DNA from: Octopus sinensis
Taxonomy: Eukaryota
Length of the DNA stretch: 64,000 nucleotides
Reading direction: 5' to 3'
Assembly (NCBI RefSeq): GCF_006345805.1
Contig: NC_043024.1
Location: 18,972,001-19,036,000, forward strand
The notes beneath the pieces are model-generated. The model made no database searches. It saw only the letters and a program-made list of their open reading frames with translations, and was not told the DNA's origin. A program made the translations under genes and the position numbers. Positions within the stretch are counted from its first letter, which is position 1. Each line of letters begins with the position of its first letter. This document shows, in pieces, positions 12,651 through 24,512 of this stretch.

Positions 12651-12802
12651 GAAATTTGTTAAAGAAAGGATATAGAAGATTCAACCGATTTGTTTAAAGA
12701 CCCTAAACAAACACCTACACATCATTGCTTCATTTGGTAAAATAGATTTGGAAATTTGCAGATAATTAAGCTCCCAGTTCTTAATTAATCATTGTGGTTG
12801 TC

Positions 12803-12834
<32 letters not shown>

Positions 12835-12850
12835 CATAATAATAATAATA

Positions 12851-13041
12851 ATCTCAAGTTTTAAAACAAACAATTTTTTAATGGTTTCTTAAACATTCTC
12901 TAGAACAACACTACGTACAAAACCAAATATATGGCACCCTAGGCATAACACCAACATGAACTTCTAACTTGTTGTCTCTTGAGGTCTCTGGGTGAGACTT
13001 GGAGCCAACTTGTGCAAATGTAAAGCAAAAGTCAAACATAA

Positions 13042-13045
<4 letters not shown>
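12851..13045 (+). mobile_element. Second copy of the R4/Dong-like 3'UTR in a (TAA)n tract
   Basis: Reverse-complement homolog of 11178-11372, flanked by TAA repeats on both sides. Confidence 0.75.
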
Positions 13046-13081
<36 letters not shown>

Positions 13082-13124
13082 TAATAATAATAATAATAAT
13101 AATCATAATAATAATAATAATAAT

Positions 13125-13683
13125 AAATGCCCTGATGCAGTACCAGGCAGTGGCTCTCATGGCTCCTGATCTTAACTGATTGGACGTGTTATCATGAACA
13201 TTGTTTTGTCTTGGTATAAAAGATGGGTTACAGCAAATATTCTGCTCAATACCACAGATTTGTTTGTCAGTTGTTTGACCTTAACCAGTTGAGCATGTCC
13301 CTTAGTGGCTGACGATATGTGCATCTCTGATCATGAGCAGATGTAGTGGGGGAGCATCATAGCCGTGTGTTGAAAGGAATTCTTAGAGGTTTGGATAATT
13401 CACCTTTGGAAACAAGGGTGGTTCATTCAACATCCTTAAACAATCCTTATTCAGGTACCTTTTGAACGGGATGGGCTACTCGACCAGAAGAAAATTCTAA
13501 CTGGGCCCCACCTGCAAAGTCATGTGCTGTTTATCTTGATATGAGATCACCATGTCGTGCACATATGGTTGTGATGCATGTGCCTGGTGTACCCTTATCA
13601 GACGGGTAGTCATGATGGGTATACTGGGCTTCGTATATTTTACCCCAGTGTCACTTTGATGGCATGCCGTGCTCTCTCGCTCA
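13125..13683 (+). mobile_element. Family E, ~560-bp non-coding interspersed repeat inserted in (TAA)n
   Basis: Near-full homolog at 37306-37807 on -; both ends of both copies abut TAA tracts. Confidence 0.8.
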
Positions 13684-13692
13684 ATAATAATG

Positions 13693-13740
<48 letters not shown>

Positions 13741-13894
13741 GCACTCAGAGAGTGCAAACCTCAGCCAAGGCAACACCAACATCCTCTCAACGATTAACCA
13801 GAGAAGATTTTTTTTAAATGAGAATATCAACTGCTCTCACAAACGGGAATACTATAAATGAACCTGACCAGTCTCAAAAATCAAGTAAAAAACT

Positions 13895-14315
13895 GGTTAA
13901 ATAATCCAGAATCCTTAACTGGCACCTGATCGATCCCAATGGTAGTCATGGAATGTGAAGGTAGGTGTGTGGGCTGAGTTTGTAACACTGTGTGTGTGTA
14001 TGTCATCGGAAGTGGAAACAGGGATAGTTTTCTCTATGAAAGTCTTTTTTAGTCTACATGAGCATGCTTTCAAGAAAGACTTGAAAGTCAACATAAGATC
14101 GTAATATTTCATGTAAATATAACAAATAATCCAGAATCCTTGTCTGGTACTGGATCGATCCCAAAATCTAATTAGTTCATGGCAGTCACAAGGCCAAACA
14201 TCCCTGAAAGTTTCATTTGAATCCATCCAGTGGTTCTTGAGATATCTTGTCCCACAGACAAACAAACAAACACGACTGAAAACAATACCCCTGCCTTTGC
14301 TAAGGTACAGGTAAT
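13895..14315. mobile_element. Helentron-associated (HINE-like) non-autonomous element
   Basis: Internal direct repeat aataatccagaatcct..gatcgatcccaa (13901 and 14125), (CAAA)n tract, terminal ccctgcctttgctaaggtacaggtaat. Confidence 0.45.
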
Positions 14316-14467
14316 AATAATGATGATGATGATGATAATAATAATGCTAAGAATAATAATATTAATGATGGTGTCGAATTTTGGCACAAGGCCAGCAATT
14401 TCGAGGAAGTGAGTAAGTTGATTACATCAACACCAGTACTCAACTGGTATTTATTTTATTAAATAAA

Positions 14468-14705
14468 GGGCGGCGAGCTGGCAGAAACGTTAGCACGCCG
14501 GGCGAAATGCTTTGTGGTATTTTGTCTGTGTTACGTTGTGAGTTCAAATTCCGCCGAGGTCGACTTTGCCTTTCATCCTCTCGGGGTCGATAAATTAAGT
14601 ACCAGTTACGCACTGGGGCCGATGTAATCGACTTAATACCTATGTCTGTCTTTGTTTGTCCCCTCTGTGTTTAGCCCCTTGTGGGTAGTAAAGAAATAGG
14701 TATTT
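14468..14705 (+). mobile_element. SINE B, young full-length copy
   Basis: gggcggcgagctggcagaaacgttagcacgccggg..ccttgtgggtagtaaagaaatagg. Confidence 0.9.
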
Positions 14706-15052
14706 ATTTTATTGATTCTGAAAGTTGTAAGGTCGAGTCAACCTTGGTGGTATTTGAATTCAGAATGTAAAGATAGATGAAATATCACTAAGCATTTCAC
14801 CCAGCGTGCTAATGTTTCTGCCTGCTCGCCACCTTAATAGTAGTAATGATAATAATAATTGGAAGAAGACAAAGAAGAAGAAAAAGAAGAAGAAAAAGAT
14901 GAAGAAGGAGAAGAAGAACTATAATGATAATCCTTAAATCCCAGTCACCTTATCAGCTGCTGGGATTATGGCTTACAATTATCCACATTGTTCAATTGAA
15001 CAACAATTACTGATTGATTGTTATTATTATTGTTGTTGTTGTTGTTGTTGAA

Positions 15053-15270
15053 TGCAGTGAACTGGCAAAATGGTTAGCACCCTGGATGAAATGCTTGGCT
15101 GTATTTCACTTGTTGCTGTGTTCTGGGTTCAAATTTCGCCGCGGTTGACTTTGCCTTTCATCCCTTTGAGGTCAATAAATCAAGTACCGGTTGAGTACTG
15201 GGGGTCAATGTAATCGACTATCCCCCCTTCCCCCCCAAAATTGCAGGCCTTGTGCCCAAAGTAGAAAAGA
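15053..15270 (+). mobile_element. SINE B, old subfamily
   Basis: Degenerate head and core with aggccttgtgcc tail. Confidence 0.75.
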
Positions 15271-15467
15271 TCATTGTTGTTGTTGCCATCATTGTCGTCA
15301 TCATTATCATTTCACATTTGGTAGTTTCAAGCAAATTCCTACCGCATCACCTGCTGCACCTCCGTGATGCTGGGGTGTACATAATCTCTCCCCACTATTA
15401 TAGTGCATCATCTTTTGTTATGGGGCCACACCACATCTTCAATTCTTCAATTTCAAGGTCTTTGTAT

Positions 15468-15688
15468 ACTCTTTTACTCTTTTACTTGTTTCTGTCATTT
15501 GACTGCGGCCATGCAGGAGCACCGCCTTTTTTTAGTCGAGCAAATCGACTCCCAGGACTTATTCTTTGTAAGCCTAGTACTTATTCTATCGGTCTCTTTT
15601 GCTGAACCGCTAAGTGACAGGGATGTAAACACACCAGCATCGGTTGTCAAGCAATGCTAGGGGGACAAACACAGACACACAAACATAT

Positions 15689-15728
<40 letters not shown>

Positions 15729-15886
15729 GACAGGCTTCTTTCAGTTTCCGTCTACCAAATCCACTCACAAGGCATTGGTCGGCCCGGGGCTGTAGCAGAA
15801 GACACTTGCCCAAGGTGCCACGCAGTGGGACTGAACCCGGGACCATGTGGTTGGTAGGCAAGCTACTTACCACACAGCCACTCCTG
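15468..15886 (-). mobile_element. SINE A full length
   Basis: Matches family A consensus. Confidence 0.9.
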
Positions 15887-16208
15887 ACAATTTCTCCATT
15901 TCTTTTTCAGACAATATTTTGGTCAAAAGGGACTGCCATGTCTATCAGTAAGCAGGTGAGGTTTTTCCAATCCTTGGTTATTATGTCTGGATGATCAACC
16001 TTTATGCATTGTCAATTTGAACAGGTATGTCCCAGGTGATTGTGGCCCGGTCATTATCTAGTACCTTGTTTGGCACATGTTTATACCATTTATTGTCAGT
16101 TGTAATGTTGGCACATTGTCCACTGATTATAACTCCTTACTTGTTCATTATTATCATTATTGCTATTAATATGTGTGTGTATGTGTGTGCATGCACGTGT
16201 ATTAATGC

Positions 16209-16240
<32 letters not shown>

Positions 16241-16241
<1 letters not shown>

Positions 16242-16735
16242 CTAGCAGTATCGCCCGGCGTTGCTCGGGTTTGTAAGGGAAATAACTATATAAGCATTTT
16301 TAGAGAGTTACTTCCCTTATAAATTCGGGCTTTCTTAGCCATTTTTGTTTTGGTGTCTTCAAGCCATGAAGTCGTTGTTCTAAAAGAACGCTGGTTTCCT
16401 TCACAACGCATTACGACGTTGATTTCCTTACACTCCCTTCCCCACAGCTTCACAAGGGAGGGAAGGGGGAGAAGCAAACAGGTGCAGCTGTGAGCGTGGA
16501 CGCCAACTCCGCTGCCATCGACATACGATGCATTTTATGCATTAAAATGGAATAAAAAATGATGTTAAATTATTTTTAAAATCGTAGACTTATCGTTGAC
16601 GCGCGCTAATAGTTAGACGGGCTCGATATGAATCACCCGAATTTGGTTAAACTGCACCGCAAAATGTGGGAGGAGTTAGGAATCTAAATCGAAGGGGACA
16701 GACACTCACACAACTAGAGTTTTATATATATAGAT
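16241..16735 (+). mobile_element. Helitron/HINE-like non-autonomous element (family G)
   Basis: Starts actagcagtatcgcccggcgttgctcggg (hairpin) and ends ttttatatatatagat; homologs at 18808-19204 and 55141-55526. Confidence 0.65.
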
Positions 16736-16858
16736 ATATACACACACACACACAAAGTTAAGCCAAACATGAAAACGCAAAGAGAAAACACAACAATGCG
16801 AGGACATGGAACAAGTATAGTGTTATTGGATGCTCTGGAAAGGAAAGAAAGAAGGAGG

Positions 16859-16893
16859 ATTTAACGTTTCGAACAGAGCTCTTCGTCAGAAAC
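16859..16893 (-). ncRNA. Minimal type-I hammerhead ribozyme with canonical core (family H3)
   Basis: Minus strand: GTTT-CTGACGA-A-GAGC-TCT-GTTC-GAAA-CGT-T-AAAT; palindromic ACGT stem III of the dimer-type PLE hammerheads. Confidence 0.7.
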
Positions 16894-17064
16894 ATAGAAA
16901 AAGGAAAGATCCAAGGAAGGGAAGATGGAGGAAAAAAATCGTCAACGATACACATGCGGTCACATATTGAATTATATATTGCCATTATAGATCGTTAGCC
17001 ACTACACACATTTTTTCTCTCCTCTTTTTCTCTTCTTGTTTCTCTCCTTGTTTTTTCTGTATCC

Positions 17065-17100
17065 CTTTCTGTAGATGAGCGTAGGCTCGAAACGTAAAAG
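17065..17100 (+). ncRNA. Minimal hammerhead motif, family H2 (CUGUAGA core)
   Basis: CTTT-CTGTAGA-T-GAGC-GTAG-GCTC-GAAA-CGT-A-AAAG; stems I and II perfect, stem III palindromic. Confidence 0.65.
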
Positions 17101-17194
17101 ACTTTTTCTATTCCTGAGCGTTATATTAATACATCTGTTTGTTTTGTACACCACCTGTCTTTGTCTTTTGATTTTTTTCGTAAACTCTCCTTAT

Positions 17195-17233
<39 letters not shown>

Positions 17234-17392
17234 CTGTAATTTAATATGTGACAATTATACAATAGCCAAAATAAAACTCAGAGTTTTATCTTGGCTATTG
17301 TATAATTGTCACGTTAATTTACTGATAAATTTCCTCTATTTACATAATATTGAGGTCTCTTTCTTTCTTTTGCTACCTTACCGTTTTTACCA

Positions 17393-17394
<2 letters not shown>

Positions 17395-17455
<61 letters not shown>

Positions 17456-17474
17456 CATATATATATACATATAT

Positions 17475-17542
<68 letters not shown>

Positions 17543-17581
17543 ATATATATATATATATACATTATATATATATATACACAC

Positions 17582-17657
<76 letters not shown>

Positions 17658-17660
17658 ATA
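17395..17660. repeat. (TA)n microsatellite
   Basis: Direct inspection. Confidence 0.95.
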
Positions 17661-17934
17661 TTGTAGTTTCCAAACTTTTCCAAAGTTTTTAGTTGATGGA
17701 GATATATAATCCAAACAGGTACCAATGCACTTCTATTGATTGATAATGCTGGTTATCATACATGAGCTTATGTACCTTCAGTTAGTTGGTTTGACTAGTC
17801 TTTGTATATTCTCATGCCTGAAAATCCAGTTGTCTCTAAAGAGACTGAATGCTTTTCTATAGAAGAGAAATAATAACAAATCAGTTTAAAGAAAACAGAA
17901 ACTAGAGAATATCCAATTTTTTTTATCATTTATG

Positions 17935-18342
17935 CTCTTTACTCTTTACTCTTTTACTTGTTTCAGTCATTTGACTGCGGCCATGCTAGAGCACCGCCTT
18001 TAGTAGAGCAAAACAACCCCGGGACTTATTCTTTGTAAGCCCAGTACTTATTCTATCGGTCTCTTTTGCCGAACTGCTAAGTGACGGGGACGTAAACACA
18101 CCAGCATCGGTTGTCAAGCAATGCTAGAGGGACAAACACAGACACACAAACATATACACACACATATATATACATATATATGACAGGCTTCTTTCAGTTT
18201 CCATCTACCAAATCCACTCACAAGGCATTGGTCGGCCCGAGGCTATAGCAGAAGACACTTGCCCAAGGTGCCACACAGTGGGACTGAACCCAGAACCATG
18301 TGGTTGGTTAGCAAGCTACATACCACACAGCCACTCCTGCAC
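17935..18342 (-). mobile_element. SINE A full length
   Basis: Matches family A consensus. Confidence 0.9.
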
Positions 18343-18807
18343 CTAATCATTTTTATGTTCTTCTTTTTTTGCCTCCATAATGTTTCTGCTGCTATCAAGG
18401 TGCACCATCTGCATCTTTTAATGCATTATAAATGCTACAGTCCAGCAAAGGCTTCATTAGGGTATTTTGACTGCTAATTTGATTTCTTCAAAATGGAAAA
18501 CAATTCCAACCAAAAAAACTTTTGTTTTATTAATTTCTTTATTGGACTGCCTGGTGGTATTGTTCTAAAAATAGCTCAAACTAACCTTTTAAGTCTACCA
18601 GTCAAAGGGTGGAATTAACTGCCATGAATGTTGGTCATATTACTATTCATCACTTTTAAATTCTGAAGATCAATTTACTTTAATGAATGTTTGTAGTGTC
18701 GCCGTCCCTAGTTCATTCAAGTACTTCTATTCATACTATGCCCATGACCACCCTTATAATTGTTGTTCTTACTGCTATTATTTATATCTTTATTATTGTT
18801 ATTAATA

Positions 18808-19204
18808 ATCTTTATATATAAAAGTGAAGCTGTCTGTCTGTCTCCTACGATTTAGATTCCTAACTACTCCCACATTTTGCGGTGCAGTTTAACCAAAACC
18901 GGGTATCTTATAGTCGGGATTCATATCGAGCTCTTCTGGGTATTAGCGCGCATCTACGATGAGTCTACGATTTAAAAAAATTTACCATAATTTTTTTCCA
19001 TTTTAATGCATTTTTCGCTATTATATAAGGGAAGTAACTCTCTAAAAATATCTACGATGAGTCAACGATTTAAAAAAAAATTTACCATAATTTTTTTTCC
19101 ATTTTTAATGCATTTTTTTGCTATTTTTTGGCTATAACTCTCAAAAAATGCTTATATAGTTATTTCCCTTACAAACCCGAGCAACGCCGGGCGATACTGC
19201 TAGT
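18808..19204 (-). mobile_element. Family G HINE-like element with internal tandem duplication
   Basis: Ends ccgagcaacgccgggcgatactgctagt; tctacgatgagtc..atttaaaaaaatttaccata occurs twice. Confidence 0.7.
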
Positions 19205-19321
19205 TATTAATATAAGTAGGCATTCTCAAGTACTGTTCATATAATCTAATTTAATTTTATGGATATCCCATTAATTGTTTAGCATATTTTTGCTCTATAG
19301 TGTTTATTACCAGCAATATTA

Positions 19322-19762
19322 AATTAGAAATATTGAATCTCTAAATGTCTCAGGGAGACATTAGCGGTGGTGGAGCGATATAGTGGTTGTATACTGTCAA
19401 CTCAACGTGACAGTCCCGTAAGGGAATTACACCACCGCCATTTAGCCCTAGGAAACATCGACGTCTCCTGTCGGCTTTGACACATTTTCTGTGTCCTTAT
19501 ATTTGCAAAGGGGAGGCAATCACCCCCAACAGCTGGGACTAAGCACCTGAAGACATATGTTTCTGAGTCTATTGCTCGTCGTCAGTTCGGGGTAGCTTGT
19601 CTCGCTCGCTGAGATGACTGCAACCTCTTCACAAATATATCCTAAAGGACACAGAAAATGTATCAAAGCCGACAGGAAACGTCAATGTTTCCTAGGGCTA
19701 AATGGCGGTGAGGTAATTCCCTTATGGGACTGTCACATTGAGTAGATGGAATACAACCACTT
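19322..19762 (-). mobile_element. Hammerhead-bearing element family H1 with inverted terminal duplication
   Basis: 19383-19512 is inverted at 19624-19760; homologous to 47670-48130 and 49140-49325; central HHR motif. Confidence 0.75.
19549..19588 (-). ncRNA. Type-I hammerhead ribozyme motif (H1)
   Basis: GAA-CTGACGA-CGAG-CAATAGA-CTCA-GAAA-CATATG-TC-TTC; canonical core and palindromic ACATATGT stem III. Confidence 0.75.
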
Positions 19763-20148
19763 TTAGTTTACATTTCTAACTAACCCTATACTCTAGTTTT
19801 ATTTAATATTAATTCTTAAGCAATTATTTGTACTTATTATGCATATGTTTAACTTGATGAACATAACTCATTAGTCTTTCATGCCTATGGTTCATTAATT
19901 TAAGTTTTGATGTGATAATCTGGCAGATTTCTTCAACACACAATTCACATCTATTACTCCTTCTACTATAAGGTTTTGTTTGGATAATTATTTCCCAGGT
20001 TAGTCTAGTTTAACTTGTGCTGTTTTTCTTATTTATTTATATCCTTAAATGTGTTTTTGTGATTAGCTATCCTGCTTTTTATATAATTTTCTGTAGCTCC
20101 TATATAATAATATACCTGCCTTTCTGATGCAATCTTATATTTATATAT

Positions 20149-20690
20149 GACTGGCTTAAGGTGACCCGCTCTACGTGCGGGTGAGGGTGTGGTTGTTACT
20201 TTCTGTTGCTTCCTTTCTGTTTCTTATTGCCACATTCTCCCTCTTTGTTTCTCTCTCCTTTCTCTCTCACTATCCCACTCTCTTACTCTTCCTTTCTCTT
20301 GGACTCACCCTCGCTTTCTCTTACTCTCTATCTTTATCTATCTCTCTCCCATTAATAAAAAATTAGATTTATAAAAATTTAAATTACAAATCCGATTCCA
20401 CTTTACCATGTTGAAAATTTGATTGAAATTGGGCAAAATGTGACTAATCTAGACCCCCAAGTGTCCCCCAAAATCAATAAGATCCCCGTTTTCACAGCAA
20501 AGCAACCACTGTAGCATCCCAAAACATCTCCCAATCAATTTCTCTCCTCAAGTTATCCCATTCTACAAATTTTAATCCCCTTCCAGCCCCATTTAGATCC
20601 CTTATTACATAAAAATCCAATTTGTATCAACGTTCACCTTCTTTGTTTTATAGATTAAACAGATATACCCGACCTTGCTCGGGATTAAAA
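20149..20690 (+). mobile_element. Old HINE/Helitron-like non-autonomous element plus the start of a second one
   Basis: 5' hairpin acccgctctacgtgcgggt, 3' ttttatagat end, then a second hairpin acccgaccttgctcggg. Confidence 0.4.
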
Positions 20691-20720
20691 TAGTTTATTA
20701 TTGTTTTACTTGTTTCAGTC

Positions 20721-21270
20721 GAGCTGGCAGAAACGTTAGCATGCCGGGCGAAATCTTAGCTGTATTTCATCTGTCGTTACGCTGTGAGTTCAAATTCCGC
20801 CGAGGTCGACTTTGCCTTTCATCCTTTCGGAGTTGATTAAATAAGTACCAGTTACGCACTGGGGTCGATATAATCGACTTAATAACTATGTCCCTCTGTG
20901 TTTAGTCCCTTTTGGGTAGTAAAGAAATAGGTATTTCGTCTGCCGCTACGTTGTGAGTTCAAATTCTGCCGAGGTCAACTTTGCCTTTCATCCTTTCGGG
21001 GTTGATTAAATAAGTACCAGTTACGCATTGGGGTCGATATAATCAACTTAATAACTATGTCCCTCTGTGTTTAGTCCCTTTTGGGTAGTAAAGAAATAGG
21101 TATTTCGTCTGCCGCTACGTTGTGAGTTCAAATTCTGCCGAGGTCAACTTTGCCTTTCATCCTTTCGGGGTTGATTAAATAAGTACCAGTTACGCATTGG
21201 GGTCGATATAATCAACTTAATAACTATGTCCCCTCTGTGTTTAGCTCCCTTGTGGGTAATAAAGAAATAG
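20721..21270 (+). mobile_element. SINE B tandem trimer (~169-bp units)
   Basis: Tail-to-body junction aaagaaatag|gtatttcgtc at 20930 and 21099. Confidence 0.9.
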
Positions 21271-21914
21271 GGATTATAACCCGATTTCATTTGGGTCTAC
21301 GTGGGCCACATTTTAAAAGATGAGGAATTTTGCCCTAGAGGCCATGCATTTCAATTGAGCAAACTCAAAGTTGCCATGCAAGCTCGCTAGCATTTTTAAC
21401 ATAGGTGTGCATACTTTCAGTATCTCATCATACATACAAACATAAAAGATACACAAGCACACATACAAGTCGGTAGTTACCAACAGGCTCATTATTATTA
21501 TAAGAATTGTTCAGATTTTTTCTCCAATGTTGTCAGCTGCTTATAGTTATCAGGCTATATTCTTAAGAGTTATTTGGCAAGGTTTCTCAACAGAATTCTC
21601 CCATTAATAGACTGCTCAAGCATAAAAATGAAGAAAAATTTTATAAAAAAAATGATAATCTCACTAAAGAAATTTCCTTGAAGTTTCATACAAATTGTTC
21701 GATGGTTTTACATGAGAAAAATATGAAAGAATTTTCTGTAAAAAAATCTTCCATGGAATGGGGCATAAATGTACTGATTTTTCTTGAGGTAAACGGTGTA
21801 TCAAGACAATAGAATTGTCTAAATTATTCCTTGTTTAACTGTTTAGCATTCAGGTTACTCTGTCAAATGTAATGCTTATTTATTCACATGGTTTTGAACT
21901 AATATTGTAGCTTT

Positions 21915-22062
21915 ACGTCCCCGTAAGTTAGCGGTTCGGCAAAAGAGACTGATAGAATAAGTACTAGGCTTACAAAGAATAAGTCCTGGGGTCAATTTCC
22001 TCGACTGAATGCGGTGCTCCAGCATGGCCACAGTCAAATGACTGAAACAAGTAAATGAGTAA
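21915..22062 (+). mobile_element. SINE A 3' fragment
   Basis: Matches family A 3' half. Confidence 0.85.
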
Positions 22063-22826
22063 ATGAAAAGAGTTGCAGCAAATTTGTGCCTCGCTTGTTC
22101 AAGCGAGATCAAAACCAGTCATAACCTTTGATGATGCCAGATGGAGAAATTCCAGATGCATTGATTGTTACCGGAAGCCATGTTAGCAGGACAGTACCTT
22201 CTTGTGGTCCCACTTCGACTTGAACATCAAGTGGAAGATCAGGTAAACCTAATAAAAAAAGTCATCTTTTATCTTTTACTTATTTCAATATTTCAGTCAT
22301 CGAAGGGTTTAGTTGAGCAAATCAACCCCAATATTTACGTTCCTTTTTTTTCTTTAAAGCCTGGTAATTATTCCTTGGTGATTTTTATTGAATAAATTTA
22401 CTCTAGTATTTTAAGATATTTTTATGTAATTTTGGTAAATATATCTGTTAAAATGAGATATCAGTGTTATTTTCATTTTCGCTTAATTTAGACGACAGTT
22501 TATTCACCGCACCCTGTATAATGCATGCCGTGAACTGAATGAACAGCTGAAAGTTGATCTGGACCTTTTTTTGATGGTCATCACTGGTGATCAAAGCTGT
22601 TGTTATAGAATTTTCGGATGAGGAAGAGGTGAAGAAAATGACAGAGACATTAAAAGGCATCACCTCGCAAGGGTTCCAGGACTGCTTCAAACAGTGGAAA
22701 AGGCATTCGGACCAATGCATTGCTTCCAATGGAGAATACTCTGAAGGCAATAGAAAAGTAAACATGTAAAACTAAGGGAATAAAATAATTTTGCAAAATT
22801 CCAGGTTTTTTTGGTTACCCTTGTAT
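22063..22826 (+). mobile_element. Fragmented, internally deleted mariner element with 3' TIR
   Basis: Peptides MKRVAA(K)FVPRL (22063, frameshifted), CRELNEQLKVD..VITGD, FSDEEEVKK..FQDCFKQWKRH..CIASNGEYSEG; terminal ggttacccttgta. Confidence 0.7.
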
Positions 22827-22854
22827 ATTGTCCAACAATCTCATTAATATTGTA

Positions 22855-22960
22855 GCAGGCGATCTAGGAGTAGACCAAGAATGTGATGGTTGGATAACAT
22901 CCATTGTCTCAGTCACTCATACCTGGGAATCCAACAGGAAAGTGTAATGGTGGCTGCTTC
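22855..22960 (+). mobile_element. Possible RTE LINE C-terminal fragment
   Basis: RSRPRM*WLDNI resembles the RTE C-terminal RGRPRxRWLD motif. Confidence 0.4.
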
Positions 22961-24089
22961 TGAAAGTGTGGAGGAGGAGGAGATGCCTGAAAACTCTTAT
23001 GACCCTCCCAGGAATAAATGGGCAGAAAAATTTAATGGAAACCCAGACATATGAAAGCATTTATATCTTTCAAAGAGATGATTGATAGTCCATCCTTTGT
23101 TGCATTAGTAGGAAGAGACAGAGGTGAGAGCTTTTAGTGGTGATCTGAAAAATTTTAAATCTCTGATTTATTTTTAAAAAGTAACCAAAATTTACTTCTT
23201 CCTTACAGTTCTAATGCTAATCTATATAAATGGATGACCACAGCTGAGATTTTTTAAAGAATGGTTACTGAAGTGGGGTTTGGAATTAACGCCTAAAAAT
23301 TATCTTGTTAATTAACAATTCTACGATACACAGAAATAATTTGTTGTTAACGAACATCAAAGTAATTTTCTTGTCTTCAAACATGATATCGTTTATTCAA
23401 CCATATGACCAATGTATCATAGAATTTTAAATGCTTGAAATTATCAAAGAGAAATTTGTGCAGGAATTTTAAACTAAACTCAGTGATATTCAAAGTTGAT
23501 TTGATGCAAATATAATTTGTGTTTTTGATGCTTTGCGTATGTTGGAGATGGCATGGAAGGGATTCTCAGAAAAATCTAATCAAAATTATTTCAAAAGCAA
23601 AACAAAAAGTGAGATTTTCTAACATAGGAACAAAAATTACAGGTCCTCTATTTTATAGACCCCCAAAAAGATGAAAGGTTAAGTTTTCCTTGACAAGGTT
23701 TTGTAAGGAATGTAAAAAAAAACAGATCAAAAACTTTAAGGCCTTTTTCCAATATTCTAATGATTCTGTTTGCTTTCTCCCAATGTAAGTTCAAAATATT
23801 GGTTTCCTTTCATAAGGCAATGAGCAAGCAGAATCGTTACAACACTGGAAAAAGTGTTTTGTGGCATTTCGTTCATCTTTACATTCTGAGTTCAAATTCC
23901 ACTAACATCAATTTTGCTTTCATCCTTTCAGAATTGATGATAAAACTGGTGGTAATGAACTGGGGGTGATGTAATCAACTAGACCCCCTCCCCAAAATTG
24001 CATACCTTGTGTCTCATTACTTAACCTGCTGAAATCAGAGTTACCTTAATCAATGTTATATTTCATCTTTTCAGGGTCAATAATATAAG

Positions 24090-24512
24090 GACCTATTTCT
24101 TTACTACCCACAAGGGGCTAAAGACAGAGGGGACAAACAAGGACAGACAAACGGATTAAGTCAATTATATCGACCCCAGTGCATAACTGGTACTTATTTA
24201 ATCGACCCCGAAAAGATGAAAGCAAAGTTGACCTCGGCAGAATTTGAACTCAGAACGTAGCGGCAGACGAAATACCTTTTGTTTTACTACCCACAAAGGG
24301 CTAAACACAGAGGGGACAAACAAGGACAGACAAACAGATTAAGTCGATTACATCGACCTCAGTGCATAACTGGTACTTAATTTATTGACCCCAAAAGGAT
24401 GAAAGGCAAAGTCGACCTTGGCGGAATTTGAATTCACAACGTAACGGCAGACGAAATACTGCTAAGCATTTCGCCCGGCGTGGTAACTTTTCTGCCAGCT
24501 CGTCGCCTTAAA
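24090..24512 (-). mobile_element. SINE B dimer with 14-bp TSD
   Basis: Full copy plus headless copy joined at ggtatttcgtc; gtcaataa(t/a)ataag at 24076-24089 and 24513-24526. Confidence 0.85.
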
